Assembly: GCA_951406725.2 (NCBI GenBank)
Contig: OX597821.1
Span: forward strand, 107,012,001 to 107,076,000
Direction of reading: 5' to 3'
Source of the DNA: Octopus vulgaris
Taxonomy: Eukaryota
Length of the DNA: 64,000 nt
A model generated the notes under the pieces. It did not search any database. It had not been told where the DNA came from and saw only the letters and a program-made list of their open reading frames with translations. The position numbers and the translations under genes are program-made. Below, piece by piece: positions 1-13,660 of this stretch. Position 1 is the first letter of the stretch, and each line of letters starts with the position of its first letter.

Positions 1-126
1 ATTTGTTGTCCAAATAAATCTGTTTAAATGCTGGGGGCAATGACAAGGAGGAAGAAATCTGGGAATAAATTTTAAAATCCTTTCTACTGGAAGGACATGG
101 CTTCAAAAAATAAATAGTGAAATAAA

Positions 127-520
127 TCTCTCTATATATAAAGCTGAAGTTGTCTGTGTATGGCAGGGTTGGTAGACTTCAACTAACTCTATCTCCTCCG
201 AGACCCTGCGGTGCAAGTTGACCAAAATTAAAAGTATGATAGAAGAAGGCTTGCTCTTCTTTCTGTAGAAGAAAAAAATCAAATCGGACCATGTTAACAC
301 CAAAAATTATTTACATCAAAAGGTACTCTTTTTTTCTATGAAAAACCCTATTTTCTACGATTATTTGACTGCTGTGCCGCCATTTTTCGGTGTATTTCAA
401 CCAGAAAAATATTCACTTAAAGAGAATAACAAAATGCATGATGCAATTTTTTTTACTTTTCAAAAGTTCCAATTCTAAAGGGTCGAAACAAACCCGAGCA
501 ACGCCGGGCTATACTGCTAG
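127..520 (+). mobile_element. Non-autonomous Helitron-like element
   Basis: Starts A|TCTCTCTATATATAAAG and ends in a GC hairpin (CCCGAGCAACGCCGGG) plus TACTGCTAG|T. The same 3' end recurs at 6667, 23729 and 24675. Confidence 0.75.
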
Positions 521-1139
521 TCGAATATAAATTTGATACGTAACTTCCAATCTCCATTAAAATCGTGAATAATAGAATGACTACCAAGGAGTATTAAAAG
601 GTGTTTCTGTATCAATAGTATTTTCTATTTTTCATTTCACATCTTGTCACAAGACCAGCGGCTTAGATGCTATGAGTGGATCACGTCGATCTGAGAGTTC
701 AAGATGAGACTTACTTTATTGGCAGGTGTTGTTAGAAGTGAAATCTCAGACCTTGCAAGACCCTGTGACCCATCTTGCCCAATAAGAGCCCACTTTCGAG
801 TTGCCATCTTGGTCTCCCTCTGTTCCATCATTCTGTAAAACCAAAGCCAAAATAAGCTAGGTTTCTGCGAAAGTTCAAAGTCGCATAGAGACGAATCAGA
901 CTGTTGGAAATAATAAAGTAAATATGTCACCTGGTAAATCTATGCATGTGCGTGTGTCTGTGTGTGAGTATGCCTATGTTTGAATATTTGTGTGCGTGAG
1001 TGAATGTATGTACATTGAACAACCAGCTACTCGTATTGTGTTTGTGTGTCTGTGTGCTTCTTTGTGTGTGAGTATCTGCGTGTGAATGAATATACAAAAC
1101 ATCAACTAGGTTATCATATAGAAAACTTATAACACTTAC

Positions 1140-2093
1140 CGATCTGTTTAAACGAATTCCAAGCCAAATCATTCCCAACAAAATGAGCAGCATAACGTTT
1201 ACATTGAATAATACATAAACATATGTATATAGGTTAGTTGTGAAGGAATAATTTATCATTCCATAAGTTGCAAGGCAGCAGCTTATTATACTATAGAGTA
1301 CGATAAATCCGGATGTCATCTGCAGAGATTCGTTGACTAGTCTCAGTACTGAGCTTAGAGTATCGTGTGTGTTACATATTTCTGTAATCTTTTTGTGTTT
1401 CTTGAAAACACCTGTATTGTCGGATTGCTGTTCCGTTACGCACCTTTGAGCCTCCTTCGCCACTTTGTTAAATTCATAAATAGCTGCAATACTGATTATA
1501 AAGTCTATATAGAGGTCTAATAACACAATCACCAGAGAGATGCCATTGAATATAGTCTGTATTATTAAAACTAGTATATGATATTTATTGTATGTTGGAA
1601 GAGGAAATATTAAAAATGTCAGAAAATCGTTGCTGCAGAGCGGAAAAATGATGTCTATACAGACATCGAGAAAGAGAGGGGTGAATATAAATACAAAGAA
1701 AGTTGTATGTGAATATACTGAATTAGTGTTATAATATTTTCTATCTTCCTCGTCAGTTTCAAGTTCGGCAAAATTTTCAAAGAGTTGATTGTCGTCAGAA
1801 TCCTTTAACATTTTCGCGAAAAAGAAAAGAGATAAGTAACACCTGTAAATTAATATGTAAAAATACACAAGCATTCCACCTGTGGTAGTATTCTGCTGTT
1901 GTATTATATCCACAAGATGTCGAATCGGGTTCATAATCAAATACACGAGGTACAGCAAGTAAAATGCAGACAGGCAAATTGCTTTAAACTCGAGTGCTTT
2001 CAGCATTGATTTATTCATAAAATATTTCCGAATATTCCGAATATTTCGATATAATTCCAACATTTTTAAGAACTGCGTTTGATTTTCTTTCAT
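1140..2093 (-). CDS. GRL-like (gustatory receptor-like 7TM ion channel) coding exon V1, TM1-TM6, 318 codons
   Basis: ATG at 2093. Multi-TM protein with YEFNKVA...ICNTHDTLSSVLRLVNESLQ and GIRLNRS, followed by phase-0 donor TCG|GTAAGT at 1140/1139. The ORF beyond the donor runs into (CA)n-derived text. Confidence 0.85.
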
Positions 2094-2600
2094 GCTTATT
2101 CAAATTCCCTCGTCTTGAGAGACGTTTCCTTTGAAATAGATGAACACGGCAATAGGGATTAGATGAGGTATAAAGTGTTCTTTACGTTTACCACTACTCC
2201 TGAAATCGTTCTGATACTGTTGTATAAATTAATCTACCAGAAAAACCATAAACACTATTCGATTGCAAAATAAAATATGTACCAACGGACCACATTCATT
2301 CAGAGATTACTATAGGCCTATTAATACAGCGATGATTTGCTAGCGTTAATGGGTTGCATTTCATACTATCGATAATTTATTTCCAAGTCTTATATATTAT
2401 GCATTGTTAAGAAATAGAATAGAAATGATTATACTAATTGTTAATGATGTGGATCGGGTGTCTCTGTTTTGAACATTTTATTGCCATGTAAATATCAGGA
2501 GTCCGGCCCAGTGGTTATTAAGTTAATCAATACCAATTTGTATATAATAATCAGATGCATTTTCGTAATTACATTTTATGCATTAGCGGTTTTACACAAG
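2094..2600 (-). promoter_or_regulatory. Upstream module of V1, homologous to 5937-6470
   Basis: Alignable by eye with the V2 upstream region (ttccaagtcttatatattat, atcgggtg, ttttattgccatgtaaatat, tataataatc..tttcgta). GGGATTA at 2155-2161. Confidence 0.55.
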
Positions 2601-2802
2601 CAGTTATACATATAAACAAGCTGAAGTACATATACAAGTATATGTGTATGTATGAATATGTATATATGTAAGTATATGCTGCAAAGTGCTTTTAGCCACT
2701 GTTCTACCTCTCTTTTGACAACGTTTTCTGCTCTTACAGATATTGCTATATTACGAAGTCATTCATAGAATGATTCTATCTGGCACTGAACGACCCTAAA
2801 AG

Positions 2803-3190
2803 TAGAGGTGCAATGGCCCAGTGGATAGGGCAGCAGACTCGCGGTCATAGGATCGTGGTTTCGATTCCCAAACCAGGTGTTGTGAGTGTTTATTGAGCAA
2901 AAACACCTAAAACTTCGCGTCGCTACAGCAGGAGGTGGTGGCAACCCCTAATGTATTTTCACCACAAAATTCTCTCACTCTTTCTCACTGTTTCTGCTAC
3001 ACCTGTATTTCAAAGGTCCAGCCTTGTCACACTCTGTGTCACGTTGAATCTCCTTGAGAACTACGTTAAGTGTAGACGTGTCTGTGGAGTATCTCAGCCA
3101 CTGGCACGTTAATTTCACGTGCATGATGTTATGTTGATTGAATCTACTGGAACCTCGTCGTCGTAACCGACGGAGCATCACGAAGACGAG
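2803..3190 (+). mobile_element. tRNA-derived SINE (family C)
   Basis: Head TGGCCCAGTGGATAGGGCAGCAGACTCGCGG...GGTTTCGATTCCC with A/B boxes; related copies at 28672 and 57256. Confidence 0.75.
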
Positions 3191-4274
3191 CCCCAGTCGT
3201 ACAGTGTTATTATCCTCAAAGTGTTCCATAGTTATAATGTCCACTGAGAATCACAGTCTAATAACTATATCAGCACAGACGTGACTAGCAACACTGTCTC
3301 CACCTTAATTTGATCTTCTAACGACCGTTTACTAATCTATTTTTTAATGGCTGGATAATACCACATTTACCGGAGGGTGTACAGTTTCACTATACAGCAG
3401 GGTATATATATATATATATATATTGCCATGATAGATCGTTACCCACTACACATTTTTTCTCTCCTTGTTTTTACTGTGTCCCTTTCTGTAGAAGAGCGTA
3501 GGCTCGAAATGTAAAAGAGTTTTTTCTATTCCTGAGCGTTATACTAATACATCTGTTTGTTTTGTACACCACCTGTCTTCGTCTTTTGTTTTTTTCGTAA
3601 ACTCTCCCTGTATATATATATATATGTGAACATATAACATAACAAACTGAGGAAAAGAAATCCATCGAAGGGGTGTGTTAAACATCCAGCTCTCTGGTAT
3701 GTCAGCTAGATCCCATATAAATATTTATATAATTCAATTACAAAGATAAATGAAATATAGAGATATACTATTGACAATCCAATACTTATTCATTTTATAA
3801 TATTACATTAAATACTATCAATATTATATAGCATAACAATATTATATAACATAAATAATTATAAAAACCATAAATGGCCAACAAATGGTTCCGACTTATA
3901 TATATTTTTTCTGATATACATAATTACAGTTCTATTATATATGAAATCACTTTAGGCTCTTGGTTATAGAAAAAGACGAAATTCCGTGTGAAAGGACGGC
4001 TGGATTGTAAAATTTAATTCAAATGATTATGTAATGAGCCTGAGCGTTAACTATTCAGCCATATATCAATTAGAATTTTAAAACAACAAAAACACCCTAA
4101 CAGACGATAGAATCAAGTAAACGCAATCCACATCCATCGAAATTCACTTCATTACATCTCAAACTGATGCTAGTTGAAACCCTTTCATGTCCAAGATTGA
4201 CGCTTGTTACTACAAGATAGAAGAATAAGATATGGGTGTATATAAATTTATATAATTAAGTATTCAGGTCTTCT

Positions 4275-4461
4275 TTTTTATTTGTTACTTGTTTCAATCA
4301 TTTTGACTGTGGCGATGCTGGAGCACAGCTTTTAGTCGAGCAAATCGAACCCAGGACTTATTCTTTGTAAGCCTAGTACTTGTTCTATCGGACGTAAACA
4401 CACCGGCATCGGTTGACAAGCGATGTTGGGGGAAAAACAGTCACATACACACACACACTCC

Positions 4462-4535
<74 letters not shown>

Positions 4536-4700
4536 TATACGACGGGCTTCTTTCAGTTTCCCTCTACCACATCCACTCACAAGGCTTTGATCGGCCCGAG
4601 GTTATAGTAGACGACATTTGCCCAAGGCGCTGCGCAGTGGGACTGAACCCAGAACCATGTGGTTCGTAAGCAAGCTACTTTCCACACAGCCACTCCTACT
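4275..4700 (-). mobile_element. tRNA-derived SINE (family B, CCTTGGGCAAG core, internal TA/TG microsatellite)
   Basis: Reverse complement matches copies at 23897-24340 and 61112-61475. Confidence 0.8.
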
Positions 4701-4969
4701 TACAGCTGGAATAAAACATAAACAATTACATCTTCAATACAACAACCCTTTTTTCTATTTAGATTATTTATTTAAAAAATTATTGTTTAAATTCTCTAAT
4801 AATAATCTTCTATATTTATTATTTTCTCGAAGGGATAATTCCGTAGTAGATATGTATAGAAACTTAATGAAAATTTCTCTCTTTGTTTAGTTAATCTATC
4901 GCAGGGAGAATTCCGTGAACATTGTTCGAATTCTCTCAGAGACTTATACAGTACCAGCACCGTTAAGTG

Positions 4970-5200
4970 ATGACTTATTGCCAACTTAATATGGCAGTCC
5001 CAGGATAGGGAAGAATGCTACGGCTATTTAGCCCCAGAAAACACCGTTTCCAGTTGACAATGTGACATAAACGTTCTGTGTGATTACGTTTTCAAACAGG
5101 GGAGATACGCACTCCACCCAAAAAAGCCAGCCCACAAAGACTAGTTTCAGAGTCATTGTGCTTCATCAGTCTGGAGTAGCTTGGCTTGCTAGCTGTCGAT
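4970..5200. mobile_element. Dispersed repeat carrying a hammerhead-like motif; inverted relative at ~32280-32595
   Basis: ggcagtcccaggatagggaagaatgctac..ttagccccagaaaaca matches the reverse complement of 32520-32595. Confidence 0.5.
5135..5174 (-). ncRNA. Minimal type-I hammerhead ribozyme-like motif
   Basis: Minus strand CCAGA-CTGATGA-AGCACAATGACTCT-GAAA-CTAG-TC-TTTG: intact core, palindromic stem III, GUC triplet, weak stem II. Confidence 0.5.
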
Positions 5201-5268
5201 GCTTATTTACCTTTGAAATCTTGCAGCATTTCAATTCAAATAAATTCACTGATCTACAAAACTAGAAG

Positions 5269-5323
<55 letters not shown>

Positions 5324-5555
5324 CTTTATTATCCACACAGGGTTGAAAACAGACGGGACAAATTACGAAGTAGACCTTTTCTTTTTGGGGAGAAAAAAAG
5401 TGGGGTAGGTTTTCGATCAAAAGGGATCGTAAAAAGGAAAGAAAAAAACCATTAATAGGCATCGTGTATCACAGAAATGTCATGGTGTAAAGTGTAAAGG
5501 GGGAAGTAGGTATATATATATATATATATATATAAATATATATATAAATATATAT

Positions 5556-5936
5556 ATATGAAAATATTAAATTAGTGTTGTAATATTTTCTATCTTCTTC
5601 TTCAGTTTCAAGTTCAGCAAAATTATCAAATAGTTGTTTTTCGTTAGAATGCTTTGTTTCACGGAACAGAAAAGAGATAAATAACTCCTTTAAAATAAAA
5701 CGTAAAACTACGCAAATATTTCTCTCGTGTAAGCATTTTGCAGTTGTATTAGTCATAATATGGTGGATCGGGTTTACAATAAAATATATAAAGGACAATA
5801 AGAAAAATGCAGAGAAGCAAATTGCTTTAAACTCGAGCTCTTTCCCTATTGATTGATTCAAAATATATTTCCGAATATTACTTATATTTCGATATAACTC
5901 CAACATTTTTAAGAACTGTGTTTGATTTGAATCCAT
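5556..5936 (-). pseudogene. GRL-like pseudo-exon V2 (closest to V1), frameshifted and 3'-truncated
   Basis: MDSNQTQFLKMLELYRNI... is near-identical to V1. Compensating frameshifts with TAG/TAA in the V1-homologous frame near 5690-5720; homology ends in (TA)n at ~5555. Confidence 0.85.
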
Positions 5937-6538
5937 GCTTATTCAAATGCTGTCGCCTTGATCGATGTGTCCATTCTGATAATCTCAGTGATTGGTTCCA
6001 CACAATATATAAAGGCATTTTTAAAAAAGTTTTCTACCATTTCTTTTAATATTTCTGTTTGTGCTATACCAAGAAAATATAAACAGTATCAGATAGTAAA
6101 ATGAAATATGTAACAAATGACTGCATTCATACAGACAGTATTACAGTCCCATAACTACAGAGCTTTATAGAATATATCTGGTCTTTGATTTAATCACTGT
6201 TAATACTATTCATGAAAAATGTGCTATGATCTCTAGGCGTTATGATTTCATAAGAACAATAACTTATTTTCAAGTCTTATATATTATCTACGTTGACGGA
6301 ACAGAAATAGTAACAGCAATTGATGAGTGAATCGGGTGCCTTTGAGTTGAACGTTTTATTGCCATGTAAATATAACAAGTAAGCCACCGTGCTTATTAAG
6401 ATAATCAATACGAACAGGCATATAATAATCCAATACATTTTCGTATTTACATCCACAGTAAACGTAAACAGCATAAACAGTTATACATATACACACACAA
6501 CTATATATTTATGCATACATAAACATGTATATGTGTGT

Positions 6539-6578
<40 letters not shown>

Positions 6579-6634
6579 TATATATGTATGTATCTATTTG
6601 TATATACATATATAGATAGATAGATGTATACATA

Positions 6635-6666
<32 letters not shown>

Positions 6667-7303
6667 CTAGCAGTATCGCCCGGCGTTGCTCAGGTTTGTA
6701 AGGGAAATAACTATATAAGCATTTTTAGAGAGTTATAGCCAAAAAATTAGCAAAAAATGCATTAAAAATGGAAAAAATATGATGGTAAATGTTTGAAAAA
6801 TCGTTGACTCATCGTAGACATTTTTAGAGAGTTACTTCCCTTATATAATAGCGAAAAAATGCATTAGAATGGAAAAAAAACGATGGTAATTTTTTTTTTA
6901 AATCGTAGACTCATGTAGACGCTTTCTTAGCCATTTCTGTTTTGGTGTCTTCAAGCCATGAAGTCGTTGTTCTAAAAGAACTCTGGTCTCCTTGACAACG
7001 CATTACGACGTTGATTTCCTTACACTCCCTTCCCCACAGGTGCAGGTGTGAGCGTGGACGCCAACTCATCCGCCATCGACACACGAAAAATTATGCATTA
7101 AAATGGAATAAAAAATTATGTTAAATTATTTTTAAAATCGTAGACTCATCGTAGACGCGCGCTAATACTCAGACGGGCTCGATATGAATCACGACTATAA
7201 GCTACCCGAATTTGGTTAAACTGCACCGCAAAATGTGGGAGTAGTTAGGAATCTAAATCGAAGGGGACAGACACTCACACAACTACAGTTTTATATATAT
7301 AGA
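6667..7303 (-). mobile_element. Non-autonomous Helitron-like element with internal tandem repeats
   Basis: Minus-strand 5' TCTATATATAT and 3' hairpin+CTAG; three internal aaatcgt(a/t)gactcat(c)gtagac units. Confidence 0.75.
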
Positions 7304-7354
7304 TATACATAGCGCAGTAGGGGTGAGATGTGACAGCAAAGAAAAGCATACATT

Positions 7355-7650
7355 CACTCTCTGCATGCAATTAGACTCGGAAAGTTCGTGAGGAACCCAT
7401 TGACCCAATTTGCTGACTTTTCCGATAGCACACAGGTCTCAATGAATGGTTGAATGACCAAATCCAAGCTTCTCTGCTAGTTCCTCAACAGTTACGATGA
7501 GATTTTGTTCCACCAGGGTTTTCAGGATGTCCTTGTCGAGTTCTACAGATCTTTCAGGATGAGGCTCGTCTTCTAGGCTGTTCCAATATAGCTTTGAAAA
7601 AAATAGCTGTTAAAATCGAAATGCACTCTTCAAAACTTGCACTATGAATA
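7355..7650 (-). mobile_element. Mariner transposase remnant
   Basis: Translates SLEDEPHPERSVELDKDILKTLVEQN...GKVSKLGQWVPHELS (WVPHEL motif) with an internal stop. Confidence 0.8.
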
Positions 7651-7756
7651 AGGACAAGATAAAATTACTACCTGCTTTTATAGCAAGTTAATATAAGTAG
7701 TTTATCCCATTCCCCTCTGACTTTTAGTTCAAGCTGTTGAAAAAACCGCATTATTA

Positions 7757-7826
7757 TATATATATATACATACATACATACATACATACATACATACATA
7801 CATACATACATACATACATACATACA

Positions 7827-7858
<32 letters not shown>

Positions 7859-8094
7859 CACACACACTCTCTCTCTCTCACACACATGCACACATTTATA
7901 TTCTGTTATTCTTTTATATGTTTCAGCCTTGAGGTTGTGGCCATGCTGGATCCTGTGTGTGTGTGTGTGTGTCTATCTGTCTGTCTGTCTGTATGTATAT
8001 ATGTATATGTATGTGTGTGAACAATAATATTTTCAACAGATGTGTTGCAAATGTATCTGATTGTTCTCAAGCTCCAATACTGTGTGTGTGTGTA

Positions 8095-8125
<31 letters not shown>

Positions 8126-8168
8126 ATGTATGTATGTATGTGTGTATGTATGTGTGTGTATGTATGTA

Positions 8169-8205
<37 letters not shown>

Positions 8206-8232
8206 ATGTATGTATGTATGTATGTATGTATG
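7757..8232. repeat. (TACA)n/(TATG)n/(TG)n microsatellite cluster
   Basis: Direct reading. Confidence 0.95.
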
Positions 8233-8641
8233 AGTGTTCCTCAAATCACTATCTCTGGCTATTTACTCTCTTCCAAGAACATTTTCACTCACACTTATGT
8301 GTTAGCTTCCCAAACATTTTACTCATGTATCTATCAGCGTGATAGAGAGAAACAAATATTACATCTAGTTTCACTTTATTCGTTGCCCACTGTGTGTGTG
8401 CGTTTGCGTGTGGTGTAAACCAGACTAAGAAAAGCATTTGACACACACACCAGAATGTGAGTTTTCTGTAAATTATGCTTAATTGGAGTTTAAATTTTAA
8501 AAAACTGGACCTGGCATGACGCGATGCATTGTACTCTTAAAATTGCTAGGTAAATTGTAATTGAAGAAATCCTATATTGTAGATTTGTATAACTCCCAAA
8601 GGGAGGCAGATAAAATCTGCCTTTTATAATAAGAGATATAC

Positions 8642-8737
<96 letters not shown>

Positions 8738-9179
8738 GTATAAATGTATACAGACACACATGTATGTATTCATATGCATAAACACGTGTGTTTGTGAATA
8801 TGTGCGTGTATGTGTAAAAACCAGTGTTTAATTGTTTAGTTTGTGAGTTGGCACCATCATTTACATCAGGAACAATTATAAAGATATCAAATTTATATCT
8901 CTTAATTAGGAAATGATTATAGGTACCGTTCATTATTCCCCCGTCTAGGTGTGTTTCTTAATGAAGGTAAGTACTTATAACAAAGCAGGCGATAAAATGC
9001 AGTCGGCTAAGCGATGGAATCCTTAGAACTTATAGAACGAGTTAAAAGGAGACCATATTTGCTTTCGGTGACATTTGATCGTCTGCAGTTTAGACCATTG
9101 CAACATTCTATAGTCCGCACGCAAAGTAAAAGCGCGGAACGTGAAACAATCTAATGGAGCTTCCGATCAACAGAACAGT

Positions 9180-9430
9180 CAGCTCGTGAAATCAATGCCT
9201 AAGTGGCAGGGTACTGCACAGACTCGTGTACCCTTGACGTAATTCTCGGGGGGATTTAGTGTGATGCAGAATGAGACAAGACTGGCCCTTTGGGGTACGG
9301 ATACACCTCATTTTTTGCCAGCTGTGGACTGGAGCAACGTGCAAAAAAGTATCTTGCTCAAGGACACCACCTCTCACGACATAGCGATCATGAACTGAAA
9401 GCCCTAATCACTAAGCCTCGGGCCTTCATA
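9180..9430 (-). mobile_element. SINE copy related to the 3' part of family C
   Basis: Reverse complement resembles 3010-3125; contains an inverted GTGTCCTTGAGCAAGATACTT core. Confidence 0.6.
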
Positions 9431-9519
9431 TAATATGATATAGCATTTTGTAATATAACCTGATATGATATGATATTTACATATATTTGCATATGTATGT
9501 GTGTATGTGTGTGTGTGTG

Positions 9520-10128
9520 TATTCAGTTAAGAGGAGAAAATGAAGAGTTAATGGCTAATTAATTCATTAATAAATTGATAAACAATCATTCCTATAATTG
9601 TTTCAATTTATACTCAATCAATAAATTAGATTTTGTTTATATACATATGTGTGTATATATGTGCGTGTATGAATATATATATGTGTGTGTGTGCATACAT
9701 ATATTTATGCATATACTTTTATATATGTATGTCTATGTACATATATTTCTCTCGCTTTCTCTCTCTTTATATATTTATATATATTCTATTTGATTCTATT
9801 CTGATTTTCATTTCATTATTTTATTTTTATTATCATTTTTCATTCTTTATTATATTCAAACTAATCTGCTCTCACAAATATACACTAAAAAAAATAGTTC
9901 TATATATTTAATCTGCTGAAAATAATGGATTGGTCAACAAGTAATATTAAAATGTCAAACATTTCCCTATTGAATATTTTGTTCATGACTCATAAATGCA
10001 GATTTATTGCATAAATTTGTAATTTATCGAATGCGTACAAATTGAAACAATTGTCGGAATAAATGATTATCAATCTATTATTAAATAGTTATTAGCCATT
10101 AACTCCATTTTCTTCTCTTAACTGAATA
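9520..10128. repeat. ~115-bp imperfect inverted repeat pair (9520-9635 / 10012-10128)
   Basis: tattcagttaagaggagaaaatg..agttaatggctaat...caattgtttcaattt matches the reverse complement of the right arm. Confidence 0.8.
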
Positions 10129-11454
10129 TGGATAATATGCTTAATATATATTATAGTGGAATATATAGACTGTATAAGATGTTGATGCGCTTGCCTGTAT
10201 GATATTACAAGGGTCCATAGAGAGACGAAGAGAATAAATTCAAGATCTTTATATTTACGTCATAAAAATCTATCGAGTTAAGATTTCTCTTCGATGCGTC
10301 AGGTTTCTCCTGAATGAGATTCTCCAGCATTGCTATTGGAACCTTTTAAGACTTTCAACTACAGTTTGTTTTAGGTTTATGGTTTTTGTATAGTTCGCAG
10401 TGAGTTACCTCTTTATAGTACATCTTATTTTGAAGCCCATTCGGAGTCTATCTCGAGTCTGTTCACTCTTGGTACCAGGTAAAGCATTAGTGTAAATTTC
10501 TTCCATCAATAATCAGACGGAGTGTTTCTGAGCCTGAGTATCGGGACAAAAATTTACGCAAATAGTATCATGTTGCTTTGTGAAAATCCACAGATACTTT
10601 TATACATATCTTAGTTGTCCTGTTGACATTCACTCCAATCTATACCGTTTCAACTACATACATTAATATAACATTACAGTGCTTGCATTTGTTTTCTTTC
10701 GAAGTTGTGGTGTTACCGTTGGAGTATACTTTTCGGGTATCCTTTAGCATATTTAACTGCTTCTTCCAAATGTTCATGTTTCGGTCAATGCAGATTACGT
10801 CAAATGTATTTCAACATCAGCATAGCATCCGCCTTTTGTTTAGCCACAGAAATACACATGATTGCAGTAGAAACTGCTACTGCTATCATTGCTGTTGTCT
10901 TGTTGTTATTGCTAGAGTGATAGCTGTCCCAATATTGTTATTTCACGGGCGATAACTGTAAATATTTACCTCCTCATGATGATCGTGATTATGTCAGCAG
11001 CGGCGATCGTTTTACTGCACAATCTGCTACTGTATGCGATACATCTTCACTGCTGCTGCTGCTGTTATTGCTGTGTTAGCAGTAATGGTGATAGTTCTCT
11101 TAGATGCTGCTGCTTCTGATATTGTTTTCACTACTCCTGGATATTGCTCCCGCTGCGGTGCTGCGAAGTGAAACATTTTGACTGCTAGCAACACTCAAAA
11201 TAGCTTTCCGCGCCGACTCCTGCAAAAGTCAACGAACGAACAACACGTTGAAGCCATCTTGAAAATTTTCTTTCGATTTCAACTCCCTCTTTTTTTCACG
11301 TTTTATTTCATGCTGGGCCCTAGTAGTCTTAACCTTCTGAACAATGTGTTTATTTTAATGACCTACTAATGTATACAGTAGGTTTCACTGCCCTAGGGGA
11401 CAGGAAGACACTCGGCAAGAAATGGAAACAGAATTGAAAGAATACTAATGAAAA

Positions 11455-11745
<291 letters not shown>

Positions 11746-11752
11746 GACTTAC

Positions 11753-12709
11753 CGATTTATTTAAACGGACTCCAATCCAAACAATCACCATCAAACATAT
11801 TAGGATAACAGATGTCAGATACACAACATACATGTATAAAACTGATGACATATTTTCAAATGAGCCATTTATAATTCCATAAGTTATGACACAACATCCA
11901 GTAATACTACTGAGCACGAGAAATCCCGAAGAGAATTTAAATGTGTCATTTACTAATCTCAGTATTTTACACAGAGTATCATGTGTATGACATATTTCTA
12001 TAAACTCTTTATATTTTTTAAAGAAATACAAAGTGTCTGATTGCTTTTCTTCTACGTATGTTTGAGCGTCATTTACTGCTTTGTTAAATTCGTATATCAG
12101 TGCAGTCTCAATCGCATAGTTCATATACCATTCAAATATCACAAACATAATTGTCATGGAATTAAATACAATCTGTAATATTAAAATTAACCAGTGGTAT
12201 GGATTGCTGATTGGCACAGGGTATGTTAAGAAAGTGCGAAAATCGTTACTGAAAATCAAAAATACAAATTCTATAATTGGATAGGACATACCTTGCCAGA
12301 CTAGAACTATACAAAGTGACTTATAGGAATATAAAAATTTACAATTATAAAATTTTGTATCCTCTTCTCCGATTTCAAGTCCAGAGAATGCTTCAATGAT
12401 TTGTGTGACTTTGGATTCTTTGAAGATGTTTGTAAGAAAATAGAGCGGAAGAAAGTTACGGGAAAATATTGCGTACGTATATAGAAATATTTCACCAGTT
12501 GAACTACGTTCCCGTTGTAGCAAACCAACAAAATTGCGAATAGGGTTTACAACTACAAATAAAAGATATGCGATATAAAAAAAATAAATTATGACCGTGT
12601 TAAATTTAAGAGATTTCAGTGATGACAGAGTCACAATTGATTTCTTGATAATATCAATTTTCCGGTAGAATTCGAGCATTTTTAAGAATCGTGTCTCATT
12701 CAGTTGCAT
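11753..12709 (-). CDS. GRL-like coding exon V3, TM1-TM6, 319 codons
   Basis: ATG 12709 (MQLNETRFLKMLEFY); YEFNKAV...ICHTHDTLCKILRLVNDTF; GVRLNKS then phase-0 donor TCG|GTAAGT at 11753/11752. Confidence 0.88.
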
Positions 12710-13283
12710 ATTTTGTAATTATGACTTCTTCACAAGTCTATGTCAACAACTAAACTCTCTTACATAATACTATAAGTTGTATTTATTTGTCTCTTTTCTA
12801 TGTATATATATATATATATAGGTTTATGCGTTGCTTTATCTTGCTGCTCAGTTGATTGCTCCATGTACAATAAGTAGAAAATCAATCTTATATCGATATT
12901 TCAAAATTGATGTGTGTTACTTGAAGAAAATGTTTTATATGCGCCTCATAAAAAAACATCCACATCTATTTTGATGAATATGCTATTATGAATAGAAATA
13001 TAACTTCGGCTTAACTGATAATGCTTCGTTTATCACAAATAAACTAACAATATACTAAAGACCAGAGAGAGTATTATTAAGTGGGAATAGATGTTTGTGT
13101 ATTTATATTTTATCTTAAATCAATTCGAATAGATGTTATATGAATACGAAGAAAAACCACGCACTAAGCTTCTTAAGAGGTATTAATTTCAGAACCTATC
13201 TATATATTAAAACAACACTGCTTAAAACATATACAAGCGTATGAATATCCATGTGTATTTGTTGGTGTTTGTGTGTGGTGTGC

Positions 13284-13340
<57 letters not shown>

Positions 13341-13660
13341 CATGTATGTATGTATGTATGCATGTATGTATGTATGTATGTATATATGGTTTTATTTTGA
13401 ATGCTGTCCATCGATTTTATCCAAATACAATAAGTGGCATATCGATAGTTATATTCATTTCAATTAATTTGTATTCTCTGGAGCATTGTTTCAAAATTGA
13501 CTTGTGTTGATTGAGTAAAAACTTTTGTAAATATCTGCCTCATAAAAGAAGAATAAAACTTATCCTCTTTCTAATAGATATTAGAGCGTGGACACTTATA
13601 TAAACGTTGCGTATTTTGTAGTCATATTGTTTTATTTGCTTAGTATGAAACTGGTATGTG
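12710..13660 (-). promoter_or_regulatory. Upstream module of V3 (proximal and distal blocks)
   Basis: GCCTCATAAAA at 12943 and 13537, CTAAGCTTCTTAAG at 13164; homologous to the V4-V8 upstream regions. Confidence 0.6.

Noticed and set aside
715-832. Exon-like segment on the minus strand (TTTTACAG acceptor, AAA|GTAAGT donor) just downstream of V1, a candidate shared exon 2
   Set aside because: In phase 0 it hits TGA after 28 codons. The open frame is out of phase and encodes nothing resembling a GRL loop or TM7. Probably cryptic.
927-1139. C-terminal ORF extensions past RLNxS (also 11393-11752, 25928-25975, 33823-33885, 39023-39088, 55856-55909) read as single-exon gene ends
   Set aside because: They are unrelated to each other beyond the VS encoded by GTAAGT and are partly microsatellite, so they are intron read-through.
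3478-3520. CTTTCTGTAGAAGAGCGTAGGCTCGAAATGTAAAAG hammerhead-like hairpin
   Set aside because: Stem II and GAAA are present but the CUGANGA core does not fit. At most a decayed motif in a repeat.
10623-11369. Hydrophobic ORFs in the V3 intron as possible TM7 exons
   Set aside because: Plus strand (opposite to the receptors), derived from degenerate (TGC/TGT)n repeats, no TYxxxxxQF motif.
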